DNA of 64,000 nucleotides. Source: a virus (taxonomy: Duplodnaviria; Caudoviricetes). The notes beneath the pieces were generated by a model, which did no database searches, was not told where the DNA came from, and saw nothing but the letters and a program-made list of their open reading frames with translations. Shown here in pieces: positions 62,160 through 64,000 of this stretch. Every line of letters begins with the position of its first letter. Position 1 is the stretch's first letter. The DNA is taken from the IMG/VR virus record IMGVR_UViG_2846920067_000004, positions 983 to 64,982 of that record; one strand, given 5' to 3'. A program made the position numbers and the translations under genes.

Positions 62160-62773
62160 TTCACCTTCTCCTTGATCCACTGCCACAGAGCGCGAATCTC
62201 GGCCGCCGCCTTGCCCCGCGGGTCGAACTCTGTCACTGACCGGCCGGTGGCGATGGCGCGCGAGAAGGCGATACGCTCGCCGATCTCCACCGGCGCCACG
62301 TCGCCAAAGTCGCCCAGCGCCTGGCGCGCATCGCCGACCTCCGGCACGCGAGGAGGGCAGGCGGACAGCACGAACAGCGGCTGCTTGCCGGAGGCTGTGA
62401 CGATCTTCACTGCGTTGCCGACCGCGGCCAGGTCGAACGCCGTCGGCCGGACGGGGATCAGGATGATGTCGGCTATCCGCGCGATTGCCGCAGCGTCCGG
62501 TGAGGAGTGCGGCGGGCCGTCGATGATGGCCAGGCCGAAGCCCCTGGCCTTGGCGGTATCAAGTGCGTCCTGGAGTTTCGACGGAGGCGTCGTGAGGACG
62601 ATGGGCGACGCAGCTGCGCGGCAAGCTGCCCAGCGCGAGCTGGAGGCCTGCGCATCATCGCGGTCGAGGATGATGACGCTGCAGCTGTCCTCTTCCGCGG
62701 CGACGCCCAGGTGAACGGCCAGGGTGGACTTACCCGAGCCGCCTTTTTGCGAGAATGTTGCGATGGTTTTCAC
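62156..62773 (-). CDS. parA: Type Ib ParA/ParF partition ATPase
   Basis: QKGGSGKST deviant Walker A, IIDGPP, IPVRPTAFDL; GTG start with GGAG RBS. Confidence 0.93.
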   Translation of the reverse strand: MKTIATFSQKGGSGKSTLAVHLGVAAEEDSCSVIILDRDDAQASSSRWAACRAAASPIVLTTPPSKLQDALDTAKARGFGLAIIDGPPHSSPDAAAIARIADIILIPVRPTAFDLAAVGNAVKIVTASGKQPLFVLSACPPRVPEVGDARQALGDFGDVAPVEIGERIAFSRAIATGRSVTEFDPRGKAAAEIRALWQWIKEKVK

Positions 62774-62789
62774 GTTTTCTCCAGGCATG

Positions 62790-62812
62790 AAAAAACCCGC
62801 CGAAGCGGGTTG
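62790..62812 (-). terminator. Intrinsic terminator between int and parA
   Basis: Minus strand AACCCGCTTCGGCGGGTTTTTT. Confidence 0.8.
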
Positions 62813-62830
62813 GATTGGTGTGAGGCTAAA

Positions 62831-64000
62831 CTATTGGGCATCGAAAAAGTCAGCCCAGTCTTGGAGGAGCTTGCGTCGTTCCTCAAGATATAGTGCGTGG
62901 TTATATGCAGCTCTGACCGTGTTGCCATCGGTATGTGCCAGTGCGCGCTCGATCACTTCAGTGCGATAGCCTTGCTCGTGTAGGATGGTTGAGGCTGTAC
63001 CACGGAAGCCATGACCAGATATGCATCCTTTAAAGCCGATATTGTGAATGACACTATTCACTGTGGAGGCACTCATGGGACGATCATAGTCCCGCGTGTT
63101 CGGGAAAACATAACGCTCCCGACCAGACAAGTCCTGCAATCCCCTCAGAATGACAACCGCCTGCCTAGGCAGTGGAACAATGTGGTTTTCACCATTTTTC
63201 ATCTTCGAGCCGGGGATGCGCCACTCTGCACGATCAAGATCAAGCTCAGGCCACTCCATGAATCTGACTTCGATAGTCCTGGCCATGGTGTAAATCAGCA
63301 AGTACACCGCTTGTTTTGAGAGCCCAAGGCCTTTGTAACCGGCCAACGCGCGCCTGAAAGACCCAAGTCGATTGACTGGAAGTGTGGCGGTGTGTTGAGT
63401 CGGGGCTGACTTGATTGCTCCCTTTAGGGATGCCGCCGGGTTCATCTCAATTCGCAGGGTGACGATAGCATATTCCATGATTGCGGAAATTCGCTGCCGA
63501 ATTTGCTTGGCAGTTTCTGGCGACCCGCGCTCCTCAATTTCTCTCAGCCGGCCCAAAATCATTGCTGGAGAGATCATCGAAATGGGCAGCTCGCCAAAAA
63601 ATGGCAATATGTCCTTATCAAGATTCCTGCGCACCGTTGAGACAGTGCTTCGTTTCCAGTGGGGCGCATGCGATGAATACCACTCATCAGCCACCACTGA
63701 AAAAGTGTTCTGGTGTGCTTGTATATTGATTAGCTTGTCAGCGGCCTTCTTTGCATTAGGATCTATGCCTTTTGCCACGCTTTCGCGTGCATCTTCAAGC
63801 AGCCGGCGAGCGTCTGATAGTGAGACAAAGGGATATTCACCAATGGTGAGCATGGACTGCTTCCCGCCATGCCGGTAGCTGTAGCGCCAGAACTTCGAAC
63901 CGGTCGGTCGAACCTCAAGGCAAAGGCCACGCCCATCGGAGAGGCGATATGGCTTTTCGGACGGTTTTGCCGTCCTGATTTTGACGTCAGTAAGAGGCAT
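62831..64000 (-). CDS. int: P4-like tyrosine integrase
   Basis: MPLTDVKIRTAKP..YRLSDGRGL arm domain; R, K, HGFR, LAH, AAYN catalytic motifs. Confidence 0.97.
   Translation of the reverse strand: MPLTDVKIRTAKPSEKPYRLSDGRGLCLEVRPTGSKFWRYSYRHGGKQSMLTIGEYPFVSLSDARRLLEDARESVAKGIDPNAKKAADKLINIQAHQNTFSVVADEWYSSHAPHWKRSTVSTVRRNLDKDILPFFGELPISMISPAMILGRLREIEERGSPETAKQIRQRISAIMEYAIVTLRIEMNPAASLKGAIKSAPTQHTATLPVNRLGSFRRALAGYKGLGLSKQAVYLLIYTMARTIEVRFMEWPELDLDRAEWRIPGSKMKNGENHIVPLPRQAVVILRGLQDLSGRERYVFPNTRDYDRPMSASTVNSVIHNIGFKGCISGHGFRGTASTILHEQGYRTEVIERALAHTDGNTVRAAYNHALYLEERRKLLQDWADFFDAQ

Larger units (their letters stand above)
1..64000. mobile_element. Lambdoid siphovirus-type prophage (left end and att sites lie outside the window)
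   Basis: Complete lambdoid gene order: recombination arm, cI/cII, replication, nin, Q, terminase, portal, capsid, tail M/L/K/I/J, lysis, integrase. Confidence 0.97.

Noticed and set aside
61449-62186. 245-aa ORF fusing the ParG-like gene, the repeat array and the next gene
   Set aside because: One extra G (GAG GGG TAA near 61920) gives a normal stop, the linker is just translated repeats, and the downstream part has its own RBS
62831-64000. attL/attR sites
   Set aside because: The window ends at the integrase ATG and starts mid-gene; no flanking direct repeat or tRNA is visible

Overview
The whole 64-kb window is one lambdoid (siphovirus-type) prophage in a GC-rich host, probably a betaproteobacterium; a Chromobacterium-like host is inference only. 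Left to right: (1) an early-left arm on the minus strand with dNMP kinase, Ead-like, C5 DNA methyltransferase, RdgC, SSB, exonuclease and RecT; (2) an unusually large immunity region between mirror-image PL (~13.1 kb) and PR (~18.5 kb), holding membrane/secreted cargo, an XRE-LuxR-small ORF module and a CI repressor without a peptidase domain; (3) CII-like, N6 methyltransferase, replication genes with iterons, a nin region with a T5 A1-like metallophosphoesterase, and Q; (4) terminase, head and tail genes with morons, including a TPR-like/HEPN pair, an IS3 element and an antirepressor; (5) the lysis cassette; (6) SRAP, umuDC, a ParA/ParG-like pair with an 8-bp repeat array, and a P4-family integrase whose ATG is the last three bases of the window. 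Many genes carry single-base frameshifts in short homopolymers, most likely long-read errors. The strongest candidate for a new system is a quorum-sensing (AHL) lysis-lysogeny switch: xre-luxR, an 18-bp lux-box-like palindrome, and a small ORF converging on cI, with XRE and CI sharing a similar C-terminal domain and no visible cro. All family calls are by eye from motifs; no searches were run.
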